37,404 bases of DNA from NCBI GenBank assembly GCA_041891555.1, contig JASDTK010000026.1:1-37404 (forward strand). The letters are read 5' to 3'. The translations under genes were made by a program, and so were the position numbers. Source of the stretch: Oscillospiraceae bacterium. GTDB taxonomy: Bacteria > Bacillota > Clostridia > Oscillospirales > Oscillospiraceae. Positions 10,051 to 18,089 of this stretch are shown piece after piece; the stretch's first letter is position 1, and each line of letters opens with the position of its first letter. The notes under the pieces were generated by a model. The model ran no database searches. It was given only the letters and a program-made list of their open reading frames with translations, and was not told the origin of the DNA.

Positions 10051-10557
10051 ATGCCTGAATTGCTGGACTTATACGATGAAAACCGCAGGCTGACCGGAAA
10101 AACCATTATTAGAGGAACCGCACTGGACGAGGGCGAGCACTATCTTGTGGCTGATATCTGGACGATAACGCCCGACGGGCATATCCTTGTTGACAAAAGG
10201 CATCCCGATAAGTCCTTCGGAGGCATGTGGGAATGTACCGGAGGAGCTGTTCAGGCGGGGGAAGACTCCCTTTCAGGCGCGGTGAGAGAGCTCGGGGAAG
10301 AACTGGGAATCAAGGTGGACGAATCGGAGCTTCGCCTGATTCACAGCTGCCGGTGCACGAATAAATTTGTTGACACCTATCTCCTTGTAAAAAATCTGGA
10401 GCTTGCTGACCTCAGCTTGCAGAAAGAAGAAGTCACTGAAGCAAAGCTGGTCACATTTGACGAGCTTGAGAAAATCGCTGCGGACGGAAGGCTTGCCATA
10501 AGCAGCGGCAGGTTTGAGGAGTATAAGGATGCTTTAATAATATCAAAGTATATATGA
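10051..10557 (+). CDS. NUDIX hydrolase
   Basis: Nudix box GGAVQAGEDSLSGAVRELGEELGI. The ATG is 1 nt after the cat TGA. Confidence 0.85.
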   Translation: MPELLDLYDENRRLTGKTIIRGTALDEGEHYLVADIWTITPDGHILVDKRHPDKSFGGMWECTGGAVQAGEDSLSGAVRELGEELGIKVDESELRLIHSCRCTNKFVDTYLLVKNLELADLSLQKEEVTEAKLVTFDELEKIAADGRLAISSGRFEEYKDALIISKYI

Positions 10558-10633
10558 AATTGCTGAGTAATGATATAAACCGAAGCCATGGCAGGATCCA
10601 GAAACAATGCGTTCTATCTGTATGAGGATAAAA

Positions 10634-11026
10634 ATGACTGAGGAAGATATAAGAAAGCAGATAAAAAGAGCGAAGAGGTTTAATTACACGGTCTTTGTAA
10701 TCTTTACGATAATCGCCGTGATTATTGGCGTTAGTGTAATCAAATACGAGGTTCGGCACGAATATTCGCCATCAAAATGGGCTAAAAGTCCATCTCATAG
10801 GATCGAGATAGTGAACGATATGCTGTCCGAGACCGAGATGAAAGGAATGACAAAAGCCCAAGTCATTGCCCTTCTCGGGAAAGAAAGCGACAGCAACGCA
10901 AACGATACAGAAGATACTATGACCTATTATCTCGGAGTCGAACGCGGGCTTACGAGTGACAGCGAATGGCTCAAAATATACTTTACGGACGGACGCGTTT
11001 CTAATTATAAAGTGACATTTGGCTGA
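10634..11026 (+). CDS. Hypothetical membrane-anchored protein
   Basis: GAGGA lies 5 nt before ATG 10634. There is one TM helix (FNYTVFVIFTIIAVIIGVSVI) and then a domain of about 85 aa with no recognisable motif. The DNA is A+T-rich: 21 G+C in the 60-nt line at 10681. Confidence 0.6.
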   Translation: MTEEDIRKQIKRAKRFNYTVFVIFTIIAVIIGVSVIKYEVRHEYSPSKWAKSPSHRIEIVNDMLSETEMKGMTKAQVIALLGKESDSNANDTEDTMTYYLGVERGLTSDSEWLKIYFTDGRVSNYKVTFG

Positions 11027-11036
11027 AAAAACTGAA

Positions 11037-11147
11037 AAAGGCGGTGCGGCTTATGGTTTCAAAAATACGCTCCTTAGGCATCAAGGGCATCGGGGAATAT
11101 GAGGTATCCGTCGAGTGCTTTCTGTCGAGCAGGCTGCCTGCCTTTGA
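11037..11147 (+). repeat. Direct repeat copy 1: comM RBS region plus first 31-32 codons
   Basis: It aligns with 11732-11843. AAAGGCGG is shared, an ATG follows 16-17 nt later, and I count 81 of 96 coding nt identical. Confidence 0.9.
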
Positions 11148-11163
11148 GAAAGTGGGATACTAA
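11053..11163 (+). pseudogene. Truncated 5' fragment of comM/yifB (36 codons, then TAA)
   Basis: It translates to MVSKIRSLGIKGIGEYEVSVECFLSSRLPAFEKVGY*. The intact gene at 11749 reads MVSKIRSLGIKGIGGYEVSVECFLSSGLPAFDIVGL.... Similarity ends after GCCTTTGA. Confidence 0.85.
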
Positions 11164-11192
11164 GACCATACGCATTATGAAAGGTTAAAAAA

Positions 11193-11708
11193 ATGAATTA
11201 TGAACTCCGTAAGTTATCAATAAACGACGGACGCGATGTTTATGAAATGTTACAGGAGATTTCGAAAGACGAAAACGGATTTGAAAACTCGGTAAATGGC
11301 TTGAGTTTTGATGAATACAGCCTCTGGCTCAAACGCAGCATCGATATGTCAAACGCGATTGGCTTAGAAAGCTGGATGGTTCCGCAAACGACATTTTGGT
11401 TGTTTGTTGAAGGAGTACCAGTTGGTTTTGGAAAAATACGCCATTACTTAACCGACAAATTAAAAGCCGAGGGAGGTCACGTTGGATATGCCATCAGGCC
11501 AAACCAGCGTGGAAAAGGATATGGGAAACTGCTACTTAACCTTCTTCTTGCCGAGGCAAATAAAATGGGTATTGAAAATATACTGGTAACTGTAAGAAAT
11601 GAAAATAAGCCATCGCTTAAGGTCGCTCTTGCCAACGGCGGTGTCATAGACAAGGTGGATGAAGGCCGACATTATATTTGGCTTAACAGCAAGACACTTT
11701 GTTTGTAG
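11193..11708 (+). CDS. GNAT family N-acetyltransferase (low-GC, between the comM repeats)
   Basis: Acetyl-CoA motif IRPNQRGKGYGKLLLNLLL. G+C is 22-24 per 60-nt line (11221, 11401), against 39 per 60 in comM (11821). Confidence 0.8.
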   Translation: MNYELRKLSINDGRDVYEMLQEISKDENGFENSVNGLSFDEYSLWLKRSIDMSNAIGLESWMVPQTTFWLFVEGVPVGFGKIRHYLTDKLKAEGGHVGYAIRPNQRGKGYGKLLLNLLLAEANKMGIENILVTVRNENKPSLKVALANGGVIDKVDEGRHYIWLNSKTLCL

Positions 11709-11731
11709 ATAGATTACTAATCTTGGATAGG

Positions 11732-11843
11732 AAAGGCGGACGTCCAACATGGTTTCAAAAATTCGCTCACTGGGCATCAAAGGCATCGGGGGATACGAAG
11801 TGTCCGTCGAGTGCTTTTTGTCGAGCGGATTGCCCGCCTTTGA
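11732..11843 (+). repeat. Direct repeat copy 2: authentic comM RBS and 5' coding end
   Basis: Partner of 11037-11147. Confidence 0.9.
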
Positions 11844-13281
11844 CATCGTCGGATTGCCGGACACGGCGGTCAAGGAGGCGCGAGACCGTGTTCGCGCCGC
11901 TATTAAAAACGCGGGACTGAGCTTCCCCGTTTCGAGACTGACTATTAATCTTGCTCCCGCCGACACCAAAAAGGGCGGCACAACCTATGATTTGCCGATG
12001 CTCCTTGCAATACTTTCGGCTTCGGGCGCAATTAAAGCTCCCGCCGAGGATTGCGCGTTTTTCGGAGAACTGGGACTGACGGGAGAGCTTCGCTCTGTGC
12101 GCGGCGCGCTGCCTATGGCTCTCGCCGCAAGACGGGCGGGTATAAAAAAGCTCTATGTTCCCGAGGACAACGCGCCGGAGGCCTCATTCGCCGAGGGTGT
12201 TGAGGTGTATCCCGTGAAAGATGTGTCCGCGCTTCTGCGTCACTTTTCAAATGAGGCGCCGATTACTCCCACCGAGACTCCTGACCTCATAGACAGCACC
12301 GCGCACGTTGCGGATTTTTCGGAGGTCAAGGGCCAGGAAAATGTCAAAAGAGCGCTTGAGGTCGCGGCGGCGGGCGGACACAACATACTGCTTGTCGGCC
12401 CTCCCGGAGCGGGAAAATCCATGCTCGCAAAGCGTCTGCCGTCGATTCTGCCGGATATGAGCGGAGCTGAGGCGCTTGAAACCACCGAAATACATTCTGT
12501 AATGGGACTCACAAGCCGCGAAAATCCTCTGGTGACACAAAGACCGTTTCGCGCTCCGCACCATACGCTCTCTTCGTCTGCTATGGCGGGCGGAGCACAG
12601 CTCCAGCCGGGCGAAATATCGCTCGCGCATAACGGAGTTTTATTTTTGGACGAGCTGCCCGAGTTCCACCGCGATGTGCTTGAGGTCATGCGCCAGCCGC
12701 TTGAGGACGGCTGTGTCACGATTTCACGTTCGACAGGTTCCGCCACATATCCCGCGAGCTTTATGCTCGTGTGCGCGATGAACCCCTGCAAGTGCGGCTG
12801 GTACGGGCATCCCTCCGGACGCTGCAAATGCTCGGAAAGCAGCGTGAAAAAATACCACAGCAAGCTCTCCGGCCCGCTTATCGACCGCATTGACATAGTG
12901 GTCGAGGTGCCGGCGCTCGAATTTGATGAGCTGCGCGCGAAAAGGCCCGCTGAAAAGAGCGAGGATATTAAAAAGCGCGTCAACGCGGCGCGGCTCATTC
13001 AGAGAAAGCGCTTTGAATCGGAGGGCTTCGGCTGCAACGCCAGGATGGAGCAGAAACAACTCCGCGAAAACTGTGAGCTTTCCGCAGAGTGCGAACAGCT
13101 TATGAAAATGGCGTTTGAAAGAATGGGGCTCACGGCAAGAAGCTATGACCGCATACTTCGCGTCGCGAGAACGATCGCCGATCTCGACGGGGCGGAAAAC
13201 ATCGGACCCGCGCATCTTGCCGAGGCGATACAGTACCGTACCTACGATTTCCGCGAGGCGGGCGGAGCGATGCAGGAATAG
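11749..13281 (+). CDS. comM: YifB/ComM family Mg-chelatase-like AAA+ ATPase
   Basis: Lon-like N-terminal domain, Walker A GPPGAGKS, Walker B VLFLDELPEF and a C-terminal Mg-chelatase subunit-like region. Length 510 aa. Confidence 0.92.
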   Translation: MVSKIRSLGIKGIGGYEVSVECFLSSGLPAFDIVGLPDTAVKEARDRVRAAIKNAGLSFPVSRLTINLAPADTKKGGTTYDLPMLLAILSASGAIKAPAEDCAFFGELGLTGELRSVRGALPMALAARRAGIKKLYVPEDNAPEASFAEGVEVYPVKDVSALLRHFSNEAPITPTETPDLIDSTAHVADFSEVKGQENVKRALEVAAAGGHNILLVGPPGAGKSMLAKRLPSILPDMSGAEALETTEIHSVMGLTSRENPLVTQRPFRAPHHTLSSSAMAGGAQLQPGEISLAHNGVLFLDELPEFHRDVLEVMRQPLEDGCVTISRSTGSATYPASFMLVCAMNPCKCGWYGHPSGRCKCSESSVKKYHSKLSGPLIDRIDIVVEVPALEFDELRAKRPAEKSEDIKKRVNAARLIQRKRFESEGFGCNARMEQKQLRENCELSAECEQLMKMAFERMGLTARSYDRILRVARTIADLDGAENIGPAHLAEAIQYRTYDFREAGGAMQE

Positions 13282-13373
13282 AGCAAAGCTTTATTCCTGA
13301 TTTTCGGAAACAATACATATTTAAGACAGATAATTAGGCGCTGACGCAAATACTATATTAAGGAACAAATAGA

Positions 13374-14546
13374 ATGAACGATATGATACTCCTGAAGCAG
13401 GGCGAAATCATCCTGAAGGGACAAAACCGTCGCTTCTTTGAAGGCAAGCTGCTTTCAAACGTGAAGCGCAGACTGAAGCCCTTCGGCGATTTCGATGTTA
13501 GCTCCATGCAGTCCACCGTGTATGTCGTGCCGAAAAGTGACGGCTGCGACATGGACGGCGCACTGGACGCGATGCTTACGGTTTTCGGCTTTGTGAGCGT
13601 GACACGCGCACTGGCCTGCGAAAAGGATAAGGACGCGATTTATGAAGCCTGTAAAAGATACTTAGGTGAAGCGTTGGAAAACGCCAAGAGCTTTAAGGTT
13701 GAGACAAAACGCTCTGATAAGCGTTTTCCAATGTCCAGTATCGAAATTTCCCAATATGTAGGCGGACTTCTGAGCGACGACTATCCCGACATAGCGGTTG
13801 ACATGCATGATCCCGAGCTCATGATTCGCATCGAGGTGCGCGAAGTTTCGGCCTACGTCCACGCGAAGGCGCTTCCCGGCGCTGGCGGGATGCCCGTAGG
13901 AAGTAACGGCAGCGCAGTGACGCTGCTCTCCGGCGGAATTGACAGCCCGGTTTCGAGCTATATGATAGCTCGCCGCGGCATTCATCTTGTGCCGGTGCAT
14001 TTTTTCTCCTTCCCCTATACCTCCGAGCAGGCGAAGGAAAAGGTGCTTGAGCTAGCGAAGATTCTTACAAAATCCTGCGGCAGACTTGCGGTCGAGATAG
14101 TGCCTTTTACGCATATTCAGGAGGAAATCCGTGCGAAATGCCCCGAGGAGTATTTTACGCTCATAATGCGGCGCTTCATGATGCGGATAGCGGATAAAAT
14201 TGCGTATCAGAACAACTGCAAGGCGCTTGTAACGGGAGAAAATCTCGGTCAGGTCGCAAGTCAGACGATGGAGGCCCTTCGAGTTACGGAGGAGTGTGTG
14301 ACGCTTCCCGTCCTGCGTCCGCTCATCGGAATAGACAAGACGGATATAGTGAGTATAGCAAGAAAAATCGGCACTTTTGAGACTTCAATTTTGCCCTACG
14401 AGGACTGCTGCACGGTATTCACACCGCGCCATCCGAGAACGAAGCCAAAACTTCAGGATGTGCTGGAGGTTGAAAGCGCGCTGGACGTCGAAGCCCTTGT
14501 GGATGAGGCGATGCAGAACAAATATACTGTGAAATTTGATATATAG
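13374..14546 (+). CDS. thiI: tRNA 4-thiouridine(8) synthase ThiI (no rhodanese domain)
   Basis: Ferredoxin-like and THUMP N-terminal region, with the PP-loop LLSGGIDSPVSSYM. Confidence 0.9.
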   Translation: MNDMILLKQGEIILKGQNRRFFEGKLLSNVKRRLKPFGDFDVSSMQSTVYVVPKSDGCDMDGALDAMLTVFGFVSVTRALACEKDKDAIYEACKRYLGEALENAKSFKVETKRSDKRFPMSSIEISQYVGGLLSDDYPDIAVDMHDPELMIRIEVREVSAYVHAKALPGAGGMPVGSNGSAVTLLSGGIDSPVSSYMIARRGIHLVPVHFFSFPYTSEQAKEKVLELAKILTKSCGRLAVEIVPFTHIQEEIRAKCPEEYFTLIMRRFMMRIADKIAYQNNCKALVTGENLGQVASQTMEALRVTEECVTLPVLRPLIGIDKTDIVSIARKIGTFETSILPYEDCCTVFTPRHPRTKPKLQDVLEVESALDVEALVDEAMQNKYTVKFDI

Positions 14547-14590
14547 TTAAGACACGCTTTCCGTGCCTTGCATATGAAAGGAAGGGTCTT

Positions 14591-15868
14591 ATGAGCGATA
14601 CTCTGAATGCCGAAATTTTGTCCGTCGGGACGGAGCTCCTTCTGGGCGGAACGACGAACACCGATGCGAGGGATATTTCCATTTATCTCTCGGAAATCGG
14701 TATCAACGTTTTTTATCACACGGTCGTGGGCGACAATCCCGAAAGACTCACGGAAGCTGTCAAGATTGCGCGCGGGAGAGCCGATATAATCATTACCACG
14801 GGCGGACTCGGCCCCACCTGCGACGACCTCACAAAGCAGGTGCTGGCAAAGGCCTTCGACCTTGAGATGGTCTTCCATGAGGAGCTTGCCGAGGAGATGA
14901 AGCGCTACTTCAAGGAAGTCATCGGCGTGGACTATATAACGGAAAACAACTTTCAGCAGGCGTATCTGCCGGCGGGCTGCACGATTTTTCGCAACGAATG
15001 GGGAACCGCGCCCGGCTGTGCCTTTGAGGCAAAGGGCGTGCGCGTTCTCATGCTGCCGGGACCCCCGCGCGAGTGCAACGCCATGTTCAAGGCTTGCGCT
15101 ATGCCATATCTCAGAGCGCTTTCCGATGAGGTGATACTCTCACACAACCTCAACATAGTCGGAAGCGGGGAGAGCGCCGTTGAGGCAAAGCTCCGCGACA
15201 TGATGAACGAGCTTACAAACCCGACCCTTGCGCCCTACGCCAAGGAGGGAGAGGTTCAGCTCCGAGTAACCGCTAAGGCCAAAACCGTTGAGGAAGCCGA
15301 AAAAATGACGAAGCCCGTCATAGAGCGCGTCCGCTCCGTTTTGGGGGATATTATCTACGGCATAGACGCGGGCAGTCTGGAGCAAGTGGCTTTTGAGCTT
15401 CTGTGTGAAAAAAACCTGACTCTCTCAACTGCGGAGAGCTGCACCGGCGGCTTAATCGCGAAGCGCATCACCGACCTGCGCGGCTCATCAAATGTATTTG
15501 TCGGCGGCGTCGTTACCTATGCGACCGAGAGCAAAATAAATGTTCTGGGTGTTCCGAAGGAGCTCATAGAAGAACACGGTGTTATAAGCGCTGAAGTCGC
15601 ATCCGAAATGGCAAAAAGAGCGAGAGAGCTTTTTAAATCTTCTCTTGCGGTTGCAACGACGGGACTTGCCGGCCCGGAGGGCGACGGTATTAACCCCGTA
15701 GGAACGGTGTTTGTCGCGCTTGCAACAGAAAACGAGGTCTTTGTCACGCAGCTCAACTCTGGTTTCGGCCGTACGAGAGTGAGAACTCTTGCCTCAAACT
15801 GCGCGCTGGACATGATAAGAAGATTATTGACCGGACTTCCGGTTGTAGTTGACTACCACAGAAGATGA
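14591..15868 (+). CDS. cinA: Competence/damage-inducible protein CinA (MoCF-like domain plus nicotinamide-nucleotide amidase PncC domain)
   Basis: N-terminal LSVGTELLLG...TTGGLGPT and a C-terminal domain with STAESCTGGL. Confidence 0.9.
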   Translation: MSDTLNAEILSVGTELLLGGTTNTDARDISIYLSEIGINVFYHTVVGDNPERLTEAVKIARGRADIIITTGGLGPTCDDLTKQVLAKAFDLEMVFHEELAEEMKRYFKEVIGVDYITENNFQQAYLPAGCTIFRNEWGTAPGCAFEAKGVRVLMLPGPPRECNAMFKACAMPYLRALSDEVILSHNLNIVGSGESAVEAKLRDMMNELTNPTLAPYAKEGEVQLRVTAKAKTVEEAEKMTKPVIERVRSVLGDIIYGIDAGSLEQVAFELLCEKNLTLSTAESCTGGLIAKRITDLRGSSNVFVGGVVTYATESKINVLGVPKELIEEHGVISAEVASEMAKRARELFKSSLAVATTGLAGPEGDGINPVGTVFVALATENEVFVTQLNSGFGRTRVRTLASNCALDMIRRLLTGLPVVVDYHRR

Positions 15869-15907
15869 GCTGTTCGTGAAAAAAGGATGCGGATGGCTCT
15901 GATAGTG

Positions 15908-15935
15908 TTGATTTTTTCAAAAAAACCTGTATAAT
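15908..15935 (+). promoter_or_regulatory. Putative sigma-A promoter (TTGATT-N16-TATAAT)
   Basis: -35 at 15908-15913 and -10 at 15930-15935, upstream of the phosphoribosyltransferase gene. Confidence 0.5.
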
Positions 15936-15958
15936 AAAAATGTTGTTTGTAAATAAAA

Positions 15959-15989
15959 ACGGGACGTTCCGAACACGGAAAAGTCCCGT
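15959..15989 (+). promoter_or_regulatory. 5' leader hairpin of unknown function
   Basis: ACGGGACGUUCCG-AACA-CGGAAAAGUCCCGU: the outer stem is ACGGGAC/GUCCCGU and the inner stem UUCCG/CGGAA. No U-tract follows, and the hairpin lies 32 nt before the start codon. Confidence 0.4.
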
Positions 15990-16021
15990 ACAACGACAAA
16001 ACAGATTTAGGAGGATGCCTA

Positions 16022-16579
16022 ATGCTTACTTATGAGATAGATATAGCCGGATTGAAACGCCAGCTGCCCATCTGCCGCGTGACGGATGATCTCTATATCG
16101 GTTCCTTCGTCATTTTCGGCGATGTGGAGCTCACTATACACTGCGCGACGGAACTTCTTAAAAAGGCTCCCGAATACGACTACTTACTGGCTCCTGAGGC
16201 GAAGAGCATACCCCTCCTCTACGAAATGGCTCGTCAGAGCGGTAATAATAAGTATTTTCTCGCCCGCAAGTCCGCGAAGCTCTATATGACGGACGTGTTT
16301 GAAGTGGAAGTCAAATCCATCACGACCGAAAAGGTTCAGAAGCTGGTACTCGACAAGGCGGACGCAGATGAGATGCGCGGCAAGCGCGTACTCATCGTGG
16401 ACGATGTTATATCAACCGGAGAATCCCTCAAGGCCGTCGAGGAACTGGTTGAAAAAGCCGGCGCCATTATCGCGGGGCGTGCTTTTATCCTTGCCGAGGG
16501 CGATGCCTGCGATAGAGACGATGTAATTTTCCTTGCACCGCTGCCGCTCTTCAATGCGGACGGTACTCAGAAAAAGTAA
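16022..16579 (+). CDS. Type I phosphoribosyltransferase family protein (Apt/Xpt-like)
   Basis: PRPP-binding motif VLIVDDVISTGESL. Substrate cannot be assigned from sequence alone. Confidence 0.75.
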   Translation: MLTYEIDIAGLKRQLPICRVTDDLYIGSFVIFGDVELTIHCATELLKKAPEYDYLLAPEAKSIPLLYEMARQSGNNKYFLARKSAKLYMTDVFEVEVKSITTEKVQKLVLDKADADEMRGKRVLIVDDVISTGESLKAVEELVEKAGAIIAGRAFILAEGDACDRDDVIFLAPLPLFNADGTQKK

Positions 16580-16633
16580 AATATAAAATACGACGGACAC
16601 CGTTTCCCGAATGGCTGTCAGAAGATAAATAGA

Positions 16634-16682
16634 CACAGCAAGGTAAGTTGCAGAGCTATAAATTACCTTGCTGTGCTTTTAC
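16634..16682. terminator. Intrinsic terminator between convergent genes
   Basis: A 13-bp perfect stem (CACAGCAAGGTAA 16634-16646 paired with TTACCTTGCTGTG 16663-16675). CTTTT follows on the plus strand, and the flank on the minus strand is T-rich. Confidence 0.75.
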
Positions 16683-16706
16683 TATTCAATAAAAATCAGG
16701 CGCGCT

Positions 16707-17843
16707 CTATTCCACAAGCCTCACAGTCATTTTCGGGAGACAGCTAAGGTCGTCCTCTCCGGAAGTAATCCTTATCGAGCTGCCGTTAAAGTTCAGGACT
16801 TTCCCGATGACCCTTCCGTTTATTGTCTGGTTTGAGCCGTTCATCATGATTGTGCCGTTTGGAGCGTAAACAAGCCCTTCCAGCTGGATGCCTGAGCCGT
16901 TAATCGTTATGTTTCCGCTTTCCGAATAGAAGCATACCGAATCTTTTGAGGAATACATCAGATTACTTCCGTTAAATGTAATACTGCCCGACACCAGAAC
17001 TACGCCGCTGCCGGTGAAGTCGCTTCCGTTGACGGTTAAGCTGCCCTTTACATATATGGGAGAATCAACGCTTACCCTGCTGCCGTTAAAGGTCTTGTTT
17101 CCGTTGTATGCCTGTCCCGCTGCCTGAGCCTCGGCCTGTATTGCTTCGGAAAAGTCTGGCATATCGATTATGGGCGCGGCGCTGAAGACTTTGCTTCCGA
17201 TATTGATGCCGCTGCCGTTTACAGTAATAGCCGCGGCCTGGCATGCCCCTCCGACAGTAATGCATGAACCGTTCATAGTAATGCTGTTTACGGCTTCGAC
17301 CGAGCCCGTAATGTTTTGAGAAGAGCCATACATATTGAATTTGTAGTTTGAATGAACGTTACCCTTGATATATTGGCTGCTTCCGTTTATGGCCAATATG
17401 TCGGAGCTGCTGCCCGAAAAAACCGTATAGTTGAACGGACCTGTGTTCATACCCGTTTTTTCCGCAACAGAGCTTGCCAATATGGTTTTGCTGTGTAAGC
17501 CCAGAACAGTTGCTATTGTATAGCTGACCGTTCTTGTGCAAACGACCTCAATTTTTTCGGAATCACCGTTAAAAGGAGCGGAGACCGCTATCTCGGAAGC
17601 CAGCATTCCGTTTTGTTCGGCGAGTTTAACCGCTGTGCTTTTAGCTGCGGAGCTTGACGGCAAATCCTGCGCTCCGCCCAGGGCCGCCGAATCTGCGGCA
17701 GTCTGCAGCCGATCTTGTTCAAGAGAAATTCGCCCCAAGTCAATTGCCAGCGCGGATCCCGCGCATAAAACTGCAAAGACCAATACAAATATCACCATAG
17801 ACTGGCCGGCTTCGTCTTTAAAAAGCTTAAATTTTGATACCAT
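16707..17843 (-). CDS. TadE/TadG-like N-terminal domain protein with a C-terminal NGS-repeat (beta-solenoid-like) region
   Basis: The N-terminus reads DEAGQSMVIFVLVFAVLCAGSALAIDLGRISLEQDRLQTAADSAALGGA, as in Flp-pilus TadE/G-like proteins. There are nine [IL]T[VFIM]NGS units. GGAGG-N6-ATG precedes the gene. It is monocistronic, sitting between a riboswitch terminator and a gene-end terminator. Confidence 0.75.
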   Translation of the reverse strand: MVSKFKLFKDEAGQSMVIFVLVFAVLCAGSALAIDLGRISLEQDRLQTAADSAALGGAQDLPSSSAAKSTAVKLAEQNGMLASEIAVSAPFNGDSEKIEVVCTRTVSYTIATVLGLHSKTILASSVAEKTGMNTGPFNYTVFSGSSSDILAINGSSQYIKGNVHSNYKFNMYGSSQNITGSVEAVNSITMNGSCITVGGACQAAAITVNGSGINIGSKVFSAAPIIDMPDFSEAIQAEAQAAGQAYNGNKTFNGSRVSVDSPIYVKGSLTVNGSDFTGSGVVLVSGSITFNGSNLMYSSKDSVCFYSESGNITINGSGIQLEGLVYAPNGTIMMNGSNQTINGRVIGKVLNFNGSSIRITSGEDDLSCLPKMTVRLVE

Positions 17844-17916
17844 AAAAAACCTCCGGTAAACAGCATTGATCAGTATCCAACATCGTCATTCTGATTTTCA
17901 CCCAAAAAGCAGGAAT

Positions 17917-17946
17917 AAAAAAAGTCGTTCAGGTTACCTGAACGAC
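17917..17946 (-). terminator. Intrinsic terminator forming the riboswitch expression platform
   Basis: The minus strand reads GUCGUUCAGGU-A-ACCUGAACGAC (11-bp perfect stem, 17924-17946) followed by U7 (17917-17923). It lies between the aptamer and the RBS. Confidence 0.85.
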
Positions 17947-17971
17947 ACTCGGCACAAATAGACAGAGTAAC

Positions 17972-18060
17972 ATTTTCGGCAACCGGCTGTCATAGTCTTT
18001 ATGACCTTAGACCCTTGGCTTTGCGTCCCTGTCTTTCGGCAGGTTTGCTATTATCGACCT
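17972..18060 (-). promoter_or_regulatory. c-di-GMP-I (GEMM-I) riboswitch aptamer
   Basis: Minus strand: AUAGCAAACCUGCCGAAAGACAGGGACGCAAAGCCAAGGGUCUAAGGUCAUAAAGACUAUGACAGCCGGUUGCCGAA. It shows GCAAACC, a GAAA-capped hairpin (CCUGCC/GACAGG), the invariant GGGACGCAAAGCC (18017-18029), a second hairpin (GUCAUA/UAUGAC) and a closing CAGCCGGUUGCC. Confidence 0.85.
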
Positions 18061-18089
18061 GTATATTCAATTTTTCACTTTATGATATA

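Noticed and set aside
11053-11163. The 36-codon ORF as a genuine small gene, for example an antitoxin partner of the downstream GNAT
   Set aside because: Its sequence is simply the comM N-terminus, with 29 of the first 32 residues identical to the intact gene. It is better explained as a displaced gene fragment.
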